Origin: an uncultured Bdellovibrionales bacterium
GTDB taxonomy: Bacteria; Patescibacteriota; Minisyncoccia; Moranbacterales; UBA9337
Assembly (NCBI GenBank): GCA_964605525.1
Contig: CAZSCV010000001.1
Span: 18,424-82,423 of the forward strand
Length of the DNA: 64,000 nucleotides
Reading direction: 5' to 3'
Below are positions 30,275 through 41,215 of the stretch, piece by piece. The notes under the pieces are model-generated. The model had not been told where the DNA came from. It saw only the letters and a program-made list of their open reading frames with translations, and made no database searches. Position 1 is the stretch's first letter. Each line of letters begins with the position of its first letter. Made by a program: the position numbers and the translations under genes.

Positions 30275-31138
30275 ATGGAAAAATATCCCAAGATATTTGT
30301 TGTTGTGCTCAATTACAATGGAAAACGAACGCTAATGGAATGCTTGCGGTCGGTTTTTGACTGCGATTATTCCAATTTTGAAGTTGTTTTGGTGGATAAT
30401 AATTCAACTGACGGATCTTTTGAAACCGCCAAAACGAAATATCCAAAAATTCACTTCATTAAAAACAGTAAAAACATCGGCTTTGGAGCGGGAAATAATA
30501 TTGGAATCCGTTTTTCCTTAGAAAAAATGGCAGATTTCGTGTTCTTACTTAACAATGACGCTTACTTGGAAAAATCAACCCTATCCATATTAACAGAAGA
30601 AGCACAGAAAAATCCCTCTTCAGGCATTTTGAATCCACTCATCTTAAATAAAAGCGACGATAGCATTTGGTTTTCCGGAGGAAACATTGACTGGCTTAGG
30701 ATGCGCGCATACCATCTTCACGCACCACAGAAAGCGCTCGACACGTTCAAAACCGCATATGCCACCGGATGTGCCATGTTGGTAAAAAAAGACGTGTACA
30801 AGAAAATAGGACTTTTCGATGAAAATTTCTTTTTATATTATGAAGATGCTGATTTTTCCGTCCGCGCCAAAAGAAAAGGGTTTACTATATTAGTGGTTCC
30901 ACGATCCACAGTTTGGCACGATGAGCAAAGTACAAATAGCCCGCAAAAATTATACTGGCTAGTTTTATCTGGAATCTTATTTTTTAAAAAAAATATGCCC
31001 GCTTGTCTGCGTCCCTGGTTTTATTTTTATCTCTGGATAAGGAAAATGAAAAATATACTGGATTTGCACGAGAATAAAAACAATCAAAGCGCTCAAAAAA
31101 TAGCCCGGGCGTTTCTTGACGCAAAAAAATACCACTAA
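30275..31138 (+). CDS. GT2 glycosyltransferase
   Basis: VVVLNYNG, VLVDNNSTDGS, NIGFGAGNNIG, FLLNNDA, FDENFFLYYEDAD. Confidence 0.92.
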   Translation: MEKYPKIFVVVLNYNGKRTLMECLRSVFDCDYSNFEVVLVDNNSTDGSFETAKTKYPKIHFIKNSKNIGFGAGNNIGIRFSLEKMADFVFLLNNDAYLEKSTLSILTEEAQKNPSSGILNPLILNKSDDSIWFSGGNIDWLRMRAYHLHAPQKALDTFKTAYATGCAMLVKKDVYKKIGLFDENFFLYYEDADFSVRAKRKGFTILVVPRSTVWHDEQSTNSPQKLYWLVLSGILFFKKNMPACLRPWFYFYLWIRKMKNILDLHENKNNQSAQKIARAFLDAKKYH

Positions 31139-31157
31139 TCGGCAATTTCTTATTTTT

Positions 31158-32429
31158 ATGTATTATTATCTACTTCTTTTTTTGGCACTTTATCTGCCAT
31201 TTCAAATTGCCCTCAATCCAACACAAGGAATTGATCTTGCTTCTGTAAGAATCCTTGCGTTGCTTATTTTCTTTCTCTGGCTTCTTCGGGGATTAAAAGA
31301 AAAAAAACTCGTATTAACATCTTCCTCTGTTTCCCCATTGATCATTTCTTTTCTCTTTTTTTGCTTATTTTCAACTTTTGCCTCCCAGAATATCCAATGG
31401 TCCGTCAGAAAATTATTATTTCTTCTTTCTTTTTTCCCTCTATTTTTTGTCATTTCCGCCTCTTTATGGAACAAAGAAAAAATAAAATTATTGTCAAATC
31501 TCCTTGTCCTAGGAGCATTTTTAACTGCAATCATTGGACTATTTCAATTTTCTCTTCAATTTATCTTAGGAATAGATACATCCCTATCTCTGTGGGAAAA
31601 AATAACCACACCATTGCTGGGAAACTCTTTTTCTCAATCAGTTTTCCAGCATAGCAGTTGGCTTGTTAATATCAACAATCGCACATTTTTTCGAGCCACA
31701 TCTCTTTTTCCCGATCCACATATGCTTTCTTTTTATTTAAATATGCTTTTCCCTTTATCCTTAGCGATTTACTTCTCTTCTTTTGAAAAAAAATATGCCT
31801 TTATTTCAGCAGTTATCCTTTTGGCAAGCCTGCTGACTTTTTCCCGCGGAGGATATTTTGGATTATTAGCTGGGACAATTTTCTTTTTTTCGTTTTTCCT
31901 GGCACGCAAAAAATATCAACTCAAAACCGCTTCAACTGTTGCGATTTTCTTCGCGAGCATCCTAGTTATTTTTTTCGTTTTTTTTACAACGCCCATAGGT
32001 CAGCGTTTTTTTTCCAGCTTTAATTCGCAGGAAGGTTCGAATTCAGAAAGAATCAAAATTTGGAACAAAACGATTGAAATTATTCAAGAAAATCCCCTCC
32101 TTGGGGTTGGCATTGGAAATTATCCTCTTTCAATTGAGCCTGCTTCCACCTATCGAGATCCCATCTATGCCCACAATACCTATCTTGATTTGGCAGTTGA
32201 AACTGGAATCATAACTTCCTTAATTTGGATTGCCATTCTCTTTTTATCTATTTTCAATTTAACACAAAACAAAACATCTCTCATTTTTCTGGGTTTTTCC
32301 AGTGGAATTGTCTCTTTTTCCGCTCACTCTTTTTTTGACACCGCTATTTTTTCCGTCCACGTACTTCCTCTTCTGATCATTTTTATCGCTTTTTCCGCCA
32401 TAAAAGAAAAATCATATGAATTGGTTTAA
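31158..32429 (+). CDS. O-antigen ligase/Wzy_C family membrane protein
   Basis: RATSLFPDPH, LTFSRGGY, SNSERIKIW, PLLGVGIGNY, AHNTYLDLAVETG. Confidence 0.88.
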   Translation: MYYYLLLFLALYLPFQIALNPTQGIDLASVRILALLIFFLWLLRGLKEKKLVLTSSSVSPLIISFLFFCLFSTFASQNIQWSVRKLLFLLSFFPLFFVISASLWNKEKIKLLSNLLVLGAFLTAIIGLFQFSLQFILGIDTSLSLWEKITTPLLGNSFSQSVFQHSSWLVNINNRTFFRATSLFPDPHMLSFYLNMLFPLSLAIYFSSFEKKYAFISAVILLASLLTFSRGGYFGLLAGTIFFFSFFLARKKYQLKTASTVAIFFASILVIFFVFFTTPIGQRFFSSFNSQEGSNSERIKIWNKTIEIIQENPLLGVGIGNYPLSIEPASTYRDPIYAHNTYLDLAVETGIITSLIWIAILFLSIFNLTQNKTSLIFLGFSSGIVSFSAHSFFDTAIFSVHVLPLLIIFIAFSAIKEKSYELV

Positions 32430-33648
32430 TTGGCAACAAAAAGAAAACCTAGTTTCAATCCTTTGTCTTCATTCTCTTTATTTGGTTGTTTTTTTTGCTC
32501 CCGTATACTTAATCCGCCTATCAATCGCAAACATTCCGACTAATTTGCTGGAGATTTTTATTCTTATTTCCTTTTTTTTATGCATTTTCTCTTGTAAAAA
32601 AATTCAAATTAAAAAATTATATGCAATTAAAAAATTTCTTATTATCATTTTATTTCTTTTGCTTGGCTTAATCACCTCCTCTATTTTTGGAAAAAATCCG
32701 CTGACTGAGTTGGGAATAATAAAAAGCTGGTTCCTTTTCCCCTTGCTTTTTTCATTGCTTATTTTTGTAAAAATAGACACTTTTAAAAAAATTGAAGCTA
32801 TCTTAAAATACTATTATTTCTCCTCTTTGACATTGTCCCTGCTTGGAATTATATACATTGCAAGCGGAAAACTAACCTATGACGGGCGACTGAGCCTTTT
32901 TTATTTATCGCCCAATCATTTTTCAATGCTGCTAGCCCCGGCGGCTCTAATCGGCTTTTATTTCATATTTTCTACTCAAAAAACCGCCCTTTTTCAATTT
33001 TTTCAATTTATCATTCTTTTAAATTTTTATTTCACCTATTCATATTCCGCCTGGATAGCGGTTATTTTCAGCTTATTTCTGTTTCTACTTTTAACTAAAA
33101 GGGCTTTTTTTTCAAAACCAATTCACATTCTCGGCATCTTTATTGTTTCCTCTGTTTTATTGATTTCCCAGTTTCAAAATCCAAAAATTCAAAACATTTT
33201 CAATTCAAAAAATCATTCTTCCCTCGAGTCACGCCTGATCATCTGGAAAGTATCCAAAAAGATAATCTCCGAGAATTTCATTTGGGGAATTGGACCGGGA
33301 AATTTCCAAGAAACATACTTGTCTTGCCAAAAATATTTTCCGCCTTATCCGGAATGGGCAGTCCCGCAACCACATAATATCTTTCTTGCTTTTTGGCTTC
33401 AAACTGGAATTATTGGATTATTATCTTTCTTGTTGCTTATTTTTCTTTGGATGAAAGATCTTTTTTTCTTTACAATAAAAAACGACAGCACTCAATTTAA
33501 AAAAATGAGCGCCCTTCTTTTAGTTATTATGCTTTATATACTGCTTCACGGATTACTCGACACACCTTATTGGAAAAATGACCTTTCTCTTTACTTCTGG
33601 ATATTTTTTATTCTCGGTCTGATTTTAAAAGAAAACATTACAAATTAA
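32416..33648 (+). CDS. O-antigen ligase/Wzy_C family membrane protein
   Basis: SPNH, SLESRLIIW, WGIGPGNFQ, PHNIFLAFWLQTGIIG, HGLLDTPYWKND. Confidence 0.88.
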   Translation: MNWFNWQQKENLVSILCLHSLYLVVFFAPVYLIRLSIANIPTNLLEIFILISFFLCIFSCKKIQIKKLYAIKKFLIIILFLLLGLITSSIFGKNPLTELGIIKSWFLFPLLFSLLIFVKIDTFKKIEAILKYYYFSSLTLSLLGIIYIASGKLTYDGRLSLFYLSPNHFSMLLAPAALIGFYFIFSTQKTALFQFFQFIILLNFYFTYSYSAWIAVIFSLFLFLLLTKRAFFSKPIHILGIFIVSSVLLISQFQNPKIQNIFNSKNHSSLESRLIIWKVSKKIISENFIWGIGPGNFQETYLSCQKYFPPYPEWAVPQPHNIFLAFWLQTGIIGLLSFLLLIFLWMKDLFFFTIKNDSTQFKKMSALLLVIMLYILLHGLLDTPYWKNDLSLYFWIFFILGLILKENITN

Positions 33649-34780
33649 TTCTATATAGTTTTTCATCCAGTCTATTTGTAAAAAATAAAGCATCCTCAGA
33701 AGGGGATAAAAATAATCCCTTAGCATCATAATCACTTGTAATTTCGTTCAATTCAACTAACCGATTCCTTTCTCCGGTTTGAATATTTATTTTCCAGAAG
33801 ATATCTTTGGTAAAAAATTTTTCATTCTGATAATCATCCGGCATCATCATATCCGAGTCAATGGATGATGGGACTGCACAATAAATAAAAACATCATCCT
33901 TTGACCAGACACATTTTGAAACAAGTGTGGGCATTTTCAAATCTTCATAATTCTCCCCATTTCCATTTGAAAATCCCAATTCCATCTTTCCTGCAAATGA
34001 ACTGATTAAAACCTTATCCCCCCTATTAGACCACAAATAATCCGCCCCGTAGCGCTCAGTTTCTTTTCCAATATTCTCCGCCTCACTTACCACACCATCG
34101 ATAAAACTCACTGTTGAAGCTTTTTTCAATTGAGTTTTTTCATTTGCAAATGGAAAACTCCAAAAGAAAATATTATTCTTACCAACGGTTGCGTAAATTG
34201 ACACCATCTTCCAGGGAATATTGGCAATTTTTCTTGCATTTTTTCCATCAAAATCAGCAATCATCAAAATGCGCGATCCATCAGAAGGATTGAATTTTTT
34301 ATACAAAATACGCTCATCCGATCCTGACCAAACCGCATAATCCATATTCTCTTCGTATTTATGGACTGTTCCTGTTTTGCCGTCATACCAGGCATAATAT
34401 TTTTCTCCATTCTCTCCTGCCATCAAAATAATAGCTCTGGCTCTGCTTGGCGACCAAATAAAATCTTTAATTCCCGTAATCGGACTTCTATTTGAATTTT
34501 TTCTCAATTCGCCCGTGAAAGAAACCGAAAAAAGCTCCCCGGACGGAGAAAAATAATTAATCTTATTATTCTCGGAATCAACCTTAGGAAAAAGCATACC
34601 GCTATCGCCTAGAGAAATAATTTTTTTTACAGATTCCTCATTTTTAAAAACGCCCAATGTTTCATTCTCGTTGTTAATCGTATTTTCCGCTTTCTGGGAG
34701 CGAAAAGAAACATTATATGCCACAAAAAAAATCAACACGAAAATAAGCGCTACTAAGGAAAATATGAATAATTTTTTCAT
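33638..34780 (-). CDS. Membrane-anchored TolB-like beta-propeller protein
   Basis: N-terminal TM; repeated WSP/WSG/WSN/WSK/LSP blade motifs. Confidence 0.6.
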   Translation of the reverse strand: MKKLFIFSLVALIFVLIFFVAYNVSFRSQKAENTINNENETLGVFKNEESVKKIISLGDSGMLFPKVDSENNKINYFSPSGELFSVSFTGELRKNSNRSPITGIKDFIWSPSRARAIILMAGENGEKYYAWYDGKTGTVHKYEENMDYAVWSGSDERILYKKFNPSDGSRILMIADFDGKNARKIANIPWKMVSIYATVGKNNIFFWSFPFANEKTQLKKASTVSFIDGVVSEAENIGKETERYGADYLWSNRGDKVLISSFAGKMELGFSNGNGENYEDLKMPTLVSKCVWSKDDVFIYCAVPSSIDSDMMMPDDYQNEKFFTKDIFWKINIQTGERNRLVELNEITSDYDAKGLFLSPSEDALFFTNRLDEKLYRINL

Positions 34781-34789
34781 TTTTTTTGT

Positions 34790-37609
34790 TTAATTTCTAT
34801 TTTTTTCACCAACTTCACTCGGGTAAAAACCAAATATTAAACTCGCGGTTGCAACCAAAACAAATATCGTCAAAATAATCCTAAGCAAGAAAAATATTTC
34901 TCCTGATATATTCGCGGAAAGAGTTGCCAAAATTTTTCCAATTCCGCTTTTATTAGCGAGTGGATTTCCAGCTTCGATTTCTATTTGCACCGATTCATTC
35001 ATTGTAATTTCAGTTGAATTTGATTGTTGAATTCCCCAAAACTTCTGAAGCGCTCTTCGTACGTCCGTTGATTGAACATATTCGGCTTCCAAGGAAACAT
35101 TATATACGCTCCCTATCGGTTTATCGACTGTAAAAAATATTCTTTCAGTTGAGACATCTGCTTGCTCAATGCCATCTATAAACCATTTTAGCGTTGAATC
35201 ACTCTCAATAAACTCCGGGTGAAACTCCCCGATAAGTGAAACTCCACTTCCAGGAGTACTTACAAACAAATTTTCGCTATAATTAACCAGGTCGTCTGAA
35301 GGAGTATTGCCCGTTATATCGACATAACTTCCCAAAACCTTTCTTTCAGATCCCGCTTCTGGAATAAGTTTCAAATATGGATTAACAATTTCAAATCTTC
35401 TCATAAGATTAATTCCCAAACTACCCTCTCTCGAACTTCCATTAATGTCATTTGCAGTCAAACTAAGATCAAATGTCTTTCCTGCTTCTCCGGCAACAGG
35501 AAAAAATATAACATTTGTTTGTCTTGTATCTTGACAACTTGCGCTCATATCTTGATTGCATTGCAAATCCGATCCATTTACCTCCCATGAATAATTCGAC
35601 AAATCATCCGACGCAATTCTCGCGCCGATAATTTGACCGGCAGCCACATAACAAGTTTTATCTTCCGCACATATTTCATCATTCAAGGACATTTCTAGTG
35701 TATTTGGGTCTAAATTAACATTATATAAGCTAATGCGGTCAGAACTTGAAGTAATTCGAATGATCACATCTGAACGTCCTGCCCTAGTTAAGCCAGAATC
35801 AAAAACCTCCTCAACTTCAATATAAATTCTCAGATACCCAACACCTTCATTATTAAATATTGCATCATAATTATTACTATTATTTGCAACATTTAAATTA
35901 AATTTAAGTTCAGAGATATTATTACCCTCAAGCAAACTCATTTCCGTTTCTTGACGAAAACTCGATAAAGCGGAAATACTTTCCCAATCATCCAAATCCA
36001 AACTCATTCTTTTACTTGGAGTATTAAGTCTTTTCACATCCCATCTATAATAAGTTTGACTAGTATCATGATCTCCATTCATAGAAACAGCTTGAACGAA
36101 AACCATATCCCCCATTTTCCCCCCACTGGCGTCATTATTAGGAGAGTCTGGTCCATATTCCAATGAAACTTCCAAATTAGTTGGCTGTCCGCCCTCAACA
36201 GGATCGACTAAATTATCCTCGAGACAATCATTTATATCCATAGTTGCAGTAGGAATAGTTACGGGATACCCCTTGATGATTTTTTGATAACTTCCTATAT
36301 TTTGTACGTCGCATTTATTTTTTGGAAGCGCCCACATAATCATCATTGAAGCATTATCATGTTTAGTTGGAATAATAGATTTTCCTTCTACTACAACACC
36401 CACCTTATCCCCAGGCATATAGTTCCATGTAAATCCATCAACTCCCAGTCCAGCAATTGTTGCTTCATCGTTCTGCCCCCTATCTGCAGTATCAGGATCC
36501 CTAGGATTTGTTCCCCAAAATTCTTCCTCAGTTGTACCAAAACTATTATTGCCCGTTATATTACTATCGGAATTTGGAAATAAATGTTCACAAGCACTCG
36601 CTATTGTTGAGCTAGCTAATTGATCCGCCCTACAATAAGTTATCGGCGTTCCTGAAGCGGAACAAGATAAAGATCCGCCCCCAAGATCAGCGCAACTCGG
36701 ATCTAAAAATGTATCGGAAATGCAATAAGGCTGTGTTCCCAATGGACAACTCGCAGTACAAATATCTTCCCCGGGATTACTCGGATCAGAATAGCATTGC
36801 GAAAGATTGCAATAAACATCGAACCCCGAATCAGTACAAGTATCATACTCAGTAAATAATCCACTAATTATGCCTCCCGAAAATTCTCCGTCACTGGAAC
36901 ACGTTTCAACATAATCTTTAACACACGTCACATTTTGAGAAGGACAACTGCTAAGCGTATTTGGCACTATTGCTCCGGTAAGAAAACTGGTACTTTCATC
37001 ATTCCCTCCGCTATCTGCTAATTCATAATTATCTCCATTTGAAAAACTATGCACATAGCAATATGCCGGGGATAGATTATTATCCCCGCCAAAACGAGCG
37101 CGGTACCCATCATCATCCCACGATCCTTGCGTATTTATTCGATCATCAAATCCATTTTGAGCAATAATCCTACTTGCCTCAACTTTCCAATCTTCTTCAT
37201 TCACCCTATTGTCATCATTAACATCACAAGATGATTGATAGTCGGAACTTCCTCGTGAAGCAATTTCACATCCTTCGTGTTTTATATACCAAGTAAAATA
37301 TAATGATTCCTTTTGATTACTAAAATAAGATGGCAATGCTTTGGCAATTATCTTCTCCCCAGGCTTAGGATTGGATGGTGAAAATGATAACATAACTTCT
37401 GGCGGAGTTGTCTTTCCGTCCGCGACATTCAAGCTTTCTCCTAAACTTTGAACGGAAGCACTGTTTATATGATATCTTTGCTCTAAATCAGTCGCAACCT
37501 CATTGGCTGATGGAATATGCAGAGCCATAACAGGGTACGAACCAAAAAGAAAAAGTTCAACGAATATCCATAATAATAGAACAATTTTATTTTTTCTATG
37601 TTTTTTCAT
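34790..37609 (-). CDS. Large exported Cys-rich protein with C-terminal TM anchor
   Basis: Signal peptide; Cys-rich central block; DVNDDNRVNEED Ca-binding-like loop; Ig-like segments. Confidence 0.65.
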   Translation of the reverse strand: MKKHRKNKIVLLLWIFVELFLFGSYPVMALHIPSANEVATDLEQRYHINSASVQSLGESLNVADGKTTPPEVMLSFSPSNPKPGEKIIAKALPSYFSNQKESLYFTWYIKHEGCEIASRGSSDYQSSCDVNDDNRVNEEDWKVEASRIIAQNGFDDRINTQGSWDDDGYRARFGGDNNLSPAYCYVHSFSNGDNYELADSGGNDESTSFLTGAIVPNTLSSCPSQNVTCVKDYVETCSSDGEFSGGIISGLFTEYDTCTDSGFDVYCNLSQCYSDPSNPGEDICTASCPLGTQPYCISDTFLDPSCADLGGGSLSCSASGTPITYCRADQLASSTIASACEHLFPNSDSNITGNNSFGTTEEEFWGTNPRDPDTADRGQNDEATIAGLGVDGFTWNYMPGDKVGVVVEGKSIIPTKHDNASMMIMWALPKNKCDVQNIGSYQKIIKGYPVTIPTATMDINDCLEDNLVDPVEGGQPTNLEVSLEYGPDSPNNDASGGKMGDMVFVQAVSMNGDHDTSQTYYRWDVKRLNTPSKRMSLDLDDWESISALSSFRQETEMSLLEGNNISELKFNLNVANNSNNYDAIFNNEGVGYLRIYIEVEEVFDSGLTRAGRSDVIIRITSSSDRISLYNVNLDPNTLEMSLNDEICAEDKTCYVAAGQIIGARIASDDLSNYSWEVNGSDLQCNQDMSASCQDTRQTNVIFFPVAGEAGKTFDLSLTANDINGSSREGSLGINLMRRFEIVNPYLKLIPEAGSERKVLGSYVDITGNTPSDDLVNYSENLFVSTPGSGVSLIGEFHPEFIESDSTLKWFIDGIEQADVSTERIFFTVDKPIGSVYNVSLEAEYVQSTDVRRALQKFWGIQQSNSTEITMNESVQIEIEAGNPLANKSGIGKILATLSANISGEIFFLLRIILTIFVLVATASLIFGFYPSEVGEKNRN

Positions 37610-37650
37610 ATTTTTAAAATTTCTTTAAATAGTTTATTTTAAATATTTAT

Positions 37651-38322
37651 CTATATTTTTGTTATTTTAAGGAAGATTATATCCAATAAAATAATGGCTA
37701 TCCAACCAAAAATAAATGAATACCAAATTGCACGGCTTTTATAGGCAATCCATCCGCCCAATAAGTTTATCACCATATAAGGGAAAAAATTCCAATTCAA
37801 ATTATCTATTAAAGCCAGTAAAATTGTAAAAATTGCAAATTGCAAAAAAACTGCACCTTTTTTAAAATATTTTTCAAAAAAATTCAAAATCCAGCCATGA
37901 AAAAAGAACTCGTACAAAAATAAAAAAAATCCAACCAGAAAAACCTCGTAAATCACAAATAATCCAAAATTATTGCTTACTGATTGTGGAATTCGATACT
38001 CATTGGAAAAATTTGAATATTTATACGCCACCAACATAATTAAAGAAAACACAAACAAAAAAATAACTATCAAATAAATTCCAGTATTCATTCTTCCTGA
38101 TTGGATTCCATATTCTTTCATTGATTCGCCTAACACTATTTTAATATATAGCCACGGAACAATCAAAAAAAATGAAAATCCGACAATAAAATCTTGCAAG
38201 GCATTATTTCTGGGAAAAATCCCAACCAAAATCAAACAAATTATTGCAACAGCGGAAGTTATCCAAATTTCTTTTTTTATTAACATTTTTTTATTAAATA
38301 CTAACTTAAAATTATTTCTCAC
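37651..38322 (-). CDS. CPBP (Abi/CAAX protease)-like membrane protein, possibly degenerate
   Basis: YEFFFHGW (cf. EEFFFRG), GWIAYKSRAIW; catalytic His residues not evident. Confidence 0.6.
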   Translation of the reverse strand: MRNNFKLVFNKKMLIKKEIWITSAVAIICLILVGIFPRNNALQDFIVGFSFFLIVPWLYIKIVLGESMKEYGIQSGRMNTGIYLIVIFLFVFSLIMLVAYKYSNFSNEYRIPQSVSNNFGLFVIYEVFLVGFFLFLYEFFFHGWILNFFEKYFKKGAVFLQFAIFTILLALIDNLNWNFFPYMVINLLGGWIAYKSRAIWYSFIFGWIAIILLDIIFLKITKI

Positions 38323-38614
38323 CGGAAAGTTTGAATTCCGCTTTTCTTTTCATATGAGCAAATACCACTATTGCGCAATTACTTGGCACCATTCCCAGGA
38401 AAAAAAAATCTATTACTTTCGCTATGACGAAAGTCATCAGAGGGCTTGTTTTTGGCACATAAGACCTCTGCCAAATTCCAAAAATGAACCCGGCCACAGC
38501 TTCGGTTACGATATTTAAAAAAGGTACCAGCCCAAGACCGTCAAATATTATCGCCAAAACAAGCATACCAACCGGAAAACTCATGGATTTTTGATTCGCC
38601 TTATTTCCGCTCAT
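38312..38614 (-). CDS. Small membrane protein
   Basis: Three hydrophobic segments; LAIIFD...VP motif; in the T4SS-like operon. Confidence 0.65.
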   Translation of the reverse strand: MSGNKANQKSMSFPVGMLVLAIIFDGLGLVPFLNIVTEAVAGFIFGIWQRSYVPKTSPLMTFVIAKVIDFFFLGMVPSNCAIVVFAHMKRKAEFKLSGEK

Positions 38615-38666
38615 ATTTTTTTCTTGCCCGTCTTAATGCCTGCCATTTTTTCAAAATTAAACCGCT

Positions 38667-40466
38667 CTATTCCCCTGCCAATTCTCTTTTTGCATTTTCA
38701 ATTTCCAGCAACTGCCTCGGATCGGAGGTTATTATTTGATCTTCGCTATATGATGCAATCACTCGAATCGCCACATGCTTATTTCCAGCAAAAAATATCC
38801 CTTCTCCCACATTGCTCTCCAAAAGCAAAAATTTTTCCTGTTCAGTCAGATAAAACGTTTCCGCGATAGCATCGATAGATGCTGGCGACTGCTTCAGGAG
38901 AAGCTGAATAGATGAGTTGGTAATTATCGGCTTTCCATATTGGGAAGAAATAAAATCATTAATATCCTGTGTAATTGTTGTAAGGCCGGTATAATATTTT
39001 CGACATCTCTTGGCAATTCCAAAAAGAAAAGAAGCGGCATCCTCATTTTTCATCATTATCCAGGCTTCATCCACAACTACTATTCTTTTCTTAAGATTGC
39101 TTCGCATCTCATTCCAAATAAAATGAAGTACGATATACATTGCAATTGGTCGCAATTCCTCTTCAAGGTCTCTAATATTGAAAACCACCAACTGATTGTC
39201 GATTTTAACACTGGTCGGCTTATTTAAAAATCCGGCAAAAATACCTTCCGTATACTTTTCCATTCTTGTTGCTAATGATTCGGAACCCTCCATATTTTGC
39301 AAAACCGCATACAAATCAGACAATACGGGAAAATCTCCAGGCGCCAAACTATTAAAATCACTTTGCGGAGAAATATCTCTAATGGCATAGGATTCTCGAA
39401 TCCCCCTTTCAAGGATTGAATCTTCTTCCGGAGTGATATCCCGCATCATAAGATGCATAAGTCCCATTAAATTAGCCACATTACTTCTCATTGCTTCCTC
39501 GGGATCATCATCTTCACCAAGTTTCGGTATGTCAAACGGATTCAAATGCGACTGCGAATTGAGAGATATCGGAACAAACGATCCGCCCACTGTTTCGCAT
39601 AAATGTTTATACTCATTTTCCGGATCAATCACGATCACGTTTGTGTCCATCATCAATGAACGCAAAATTTCCAATTTTATGGTATAACTTTTTCCCGCTC
39701 CGGACTTAGCAAATACTGTCATATTAGCATTTTCCATTTCAAACCGGTCAAAAAGTATCAAACTGTTATTATGCCGATTTATTCCATAGAGAATTCCCTT
39801 ATTTGATGTAAGATCAGATGAAACAAAAGGGAAACTTGTTGAAAGCGGAGATGTATTCAAATTGTTGGCGACATCCAGCTCATCATTAGCCAATGGAATT
39901 GTTGATGAAATGCCCTGCTCCATACGGAAAACCGCCGGCTTGATATACACCAACTGCGCCTCTAAGATAGCCTCGATACTTTCACCTATTTTATTCACCT
40001 CTTCAACGCTTGAACCATAAACAGTCATATATAAACTGAACCTGAAAAATTTTTCAGTTCCTTCTTGCAGTTTATTCCGCAAATCCTCGATATTATTAAG
40101 CGCCGATTCCAATATCGGATCTCTGATTTTTCCCTTTCCGGCTTCAATTGAAATTTCAGACATTACCTGGGTTGCTTTTTTTCTTAGGTTTTTCAAAACA
40201 TCTGCCGTATCCATTGGATGGATGAAAATTGCCGTATCCATTGAAAAATCCGCATTGATAATTGGCGAAAACCAATTCGTGCTCAAAAATTTGGGAAAAG
40301 CAAAAACAAACAAGGTTTTCACATGCACCCCGCCTATTTCGATATGATTTGAATCAACCTTAAGCGCTGATGGTGCAATCAAATCCTTCACAGTCGCCAA
40401 TCCCTCCTGATAAAGATATTCTTCATCCGGTTCGCTGTTTTTCTTTTTTGTAAAACTTCCAAACAT
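38667..40466 (-). CDS. virB4: VirB4-like type IV secretion ATPase
   Basis: GILYGINRHNNSLILFDRF, AKSGAGKS, VIDPENEY, VVDEAW, RKY...TITQD, LLKQ. Confidence 0.88.
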   Translation of the reverse strand: MFGSFTKKKNSEPDEEYLYQEGLATVKDLIAPSALKVDSNHIEIGGVHVKTLFVFAFPKFLSTNWFSPIINADFSMDTAIFIHPMDTADVLKNLRKKATQVMSEISIEAGKGKIRDPILESALNNIEDLRNKLQEGTEKFFRFSLYMTVYGSSVEEVNKIGESIEAILEAQLVYIKPAVFRMEQGISSTIPLANDELDVANNLNTSPLSTSFPFVSSDLTSNKGILYGINRHNNSLILFDRFEMENANMTVFAKSGAGKSYTIKLEILRSLMMDTNVIVIDPENEYKHLCETVGGSFVPISLNSQSHLNPFDIPKLGEDDDPEEAMRSNVANLMGLMHLMMRDITPEEDSILERGIRESYAIRDISPQSDFNSLAPGDFPVLSDLYAVLQNMEGSESLATRMEKYTEGIFAGFLNKPTSVKIDNQLVVFNIRDLEEELRPIAMYIVLHFIWNEMRSNLKKRIVVVDEAWIMMKNEDAASFLFGIAKRCRKYYTGLTTITQDINDFISSQYGKPIITNSSIQLLLKQSPASIDAIAETFYLTEQEKFLLLESNVGEGIFFAGNKHVAIRVIASYSEDQIITSDPRQLLEIENAKRELAGE

Positions 40467-40471
40467 ATTTT

Positions 40472-41152
40472 TTATTCCAATTCTATTTTCTCAACATTCT
40501 TTATTATAGCATTAACCGTCAAACTTGGATTATATGAGTTATAATACAGCTCTATCAATTCTTCAGTTTCCAGTGGCGTCATCTTCAGTCCCGCTCCTCC
40601 AAGCGCAGCCTCCACTTGTTTTGCTCTTTGCCACAACTGACTCACATGGGCCTCAAAAAACTCCTTTCTTACCATCACTTGTTGTTTTGGGTTAAAAATA
40701 TCAATTAATTTTTCAAAAAATCCTTCGCTCTTGCTTTCTACTGGAGAAAAAGGAATCACTACATAAAAGAACTTAGACATAATTTGCGTCATATCAGTAA
40801 GTCTTTTGATAAAATTTCCGTATTCAGCTATTTGCATTCGAAGCAATTCATTTTTTTGCACTTTTTCTTTTTCCGCTATAATTTTCAAATAAGGATTTAT
40901 ATTAAACCTTCTCGAACTGATAACGATTTGCACCGGAAAATCCAAAGAATTTAAAAAATTTTGATACTGGCTAATAATCGCGTCCTGCTCTTCGGTCGAT
41001 TTGAGATCAAAGTTTATGGAAGAAACAAGAAAAACCATTCGCAATGACCCATTTTTCATTACAACCACACCATTTCGTATCTCTTCGATATCGACATATT
41101 TTTGCGAACTGTTTTCGCTTCTGCTTTTTTTATTTTCGTGCAATAGTTCCAT
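40472..41152 (-). CDS. TraC/VirB4-associated T4SS protein (CPR type)
   Basis: SSQKYVDIEEIRNGVVVMK, SSINFDLKSTEEQDAII, FLNSLDFPVQI, ELIELYYNSYNP. Confidence 0.75.
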   Translation of the reverse strand: MELLHENKKSRSENSSQKYVDIEEIRNGVVVMKNGSLRMVFLVSSINFDLKSTEEQDAIISQYQNFLNSLDFPVQIVISSRRFNINPYLKIIAEKEKVQKNELLRMQIAEYGNFIKRLTDMTQIMSKFFYVVIPFSPVESKSEGFFEKLIDIFNPKQQVMVRKEFFEAHVSQLWQRAKQVEAALGGAGLKMTPLETEELIELYYNSYNPSLTVNAIIKNVEKIELE

Positions 41153-41215
41153 TTTTTGTTTGCTATTTTTAATTTCTTTCCAATATTACCAACATCGCTC
41201 TCATTTGATCTTTTA

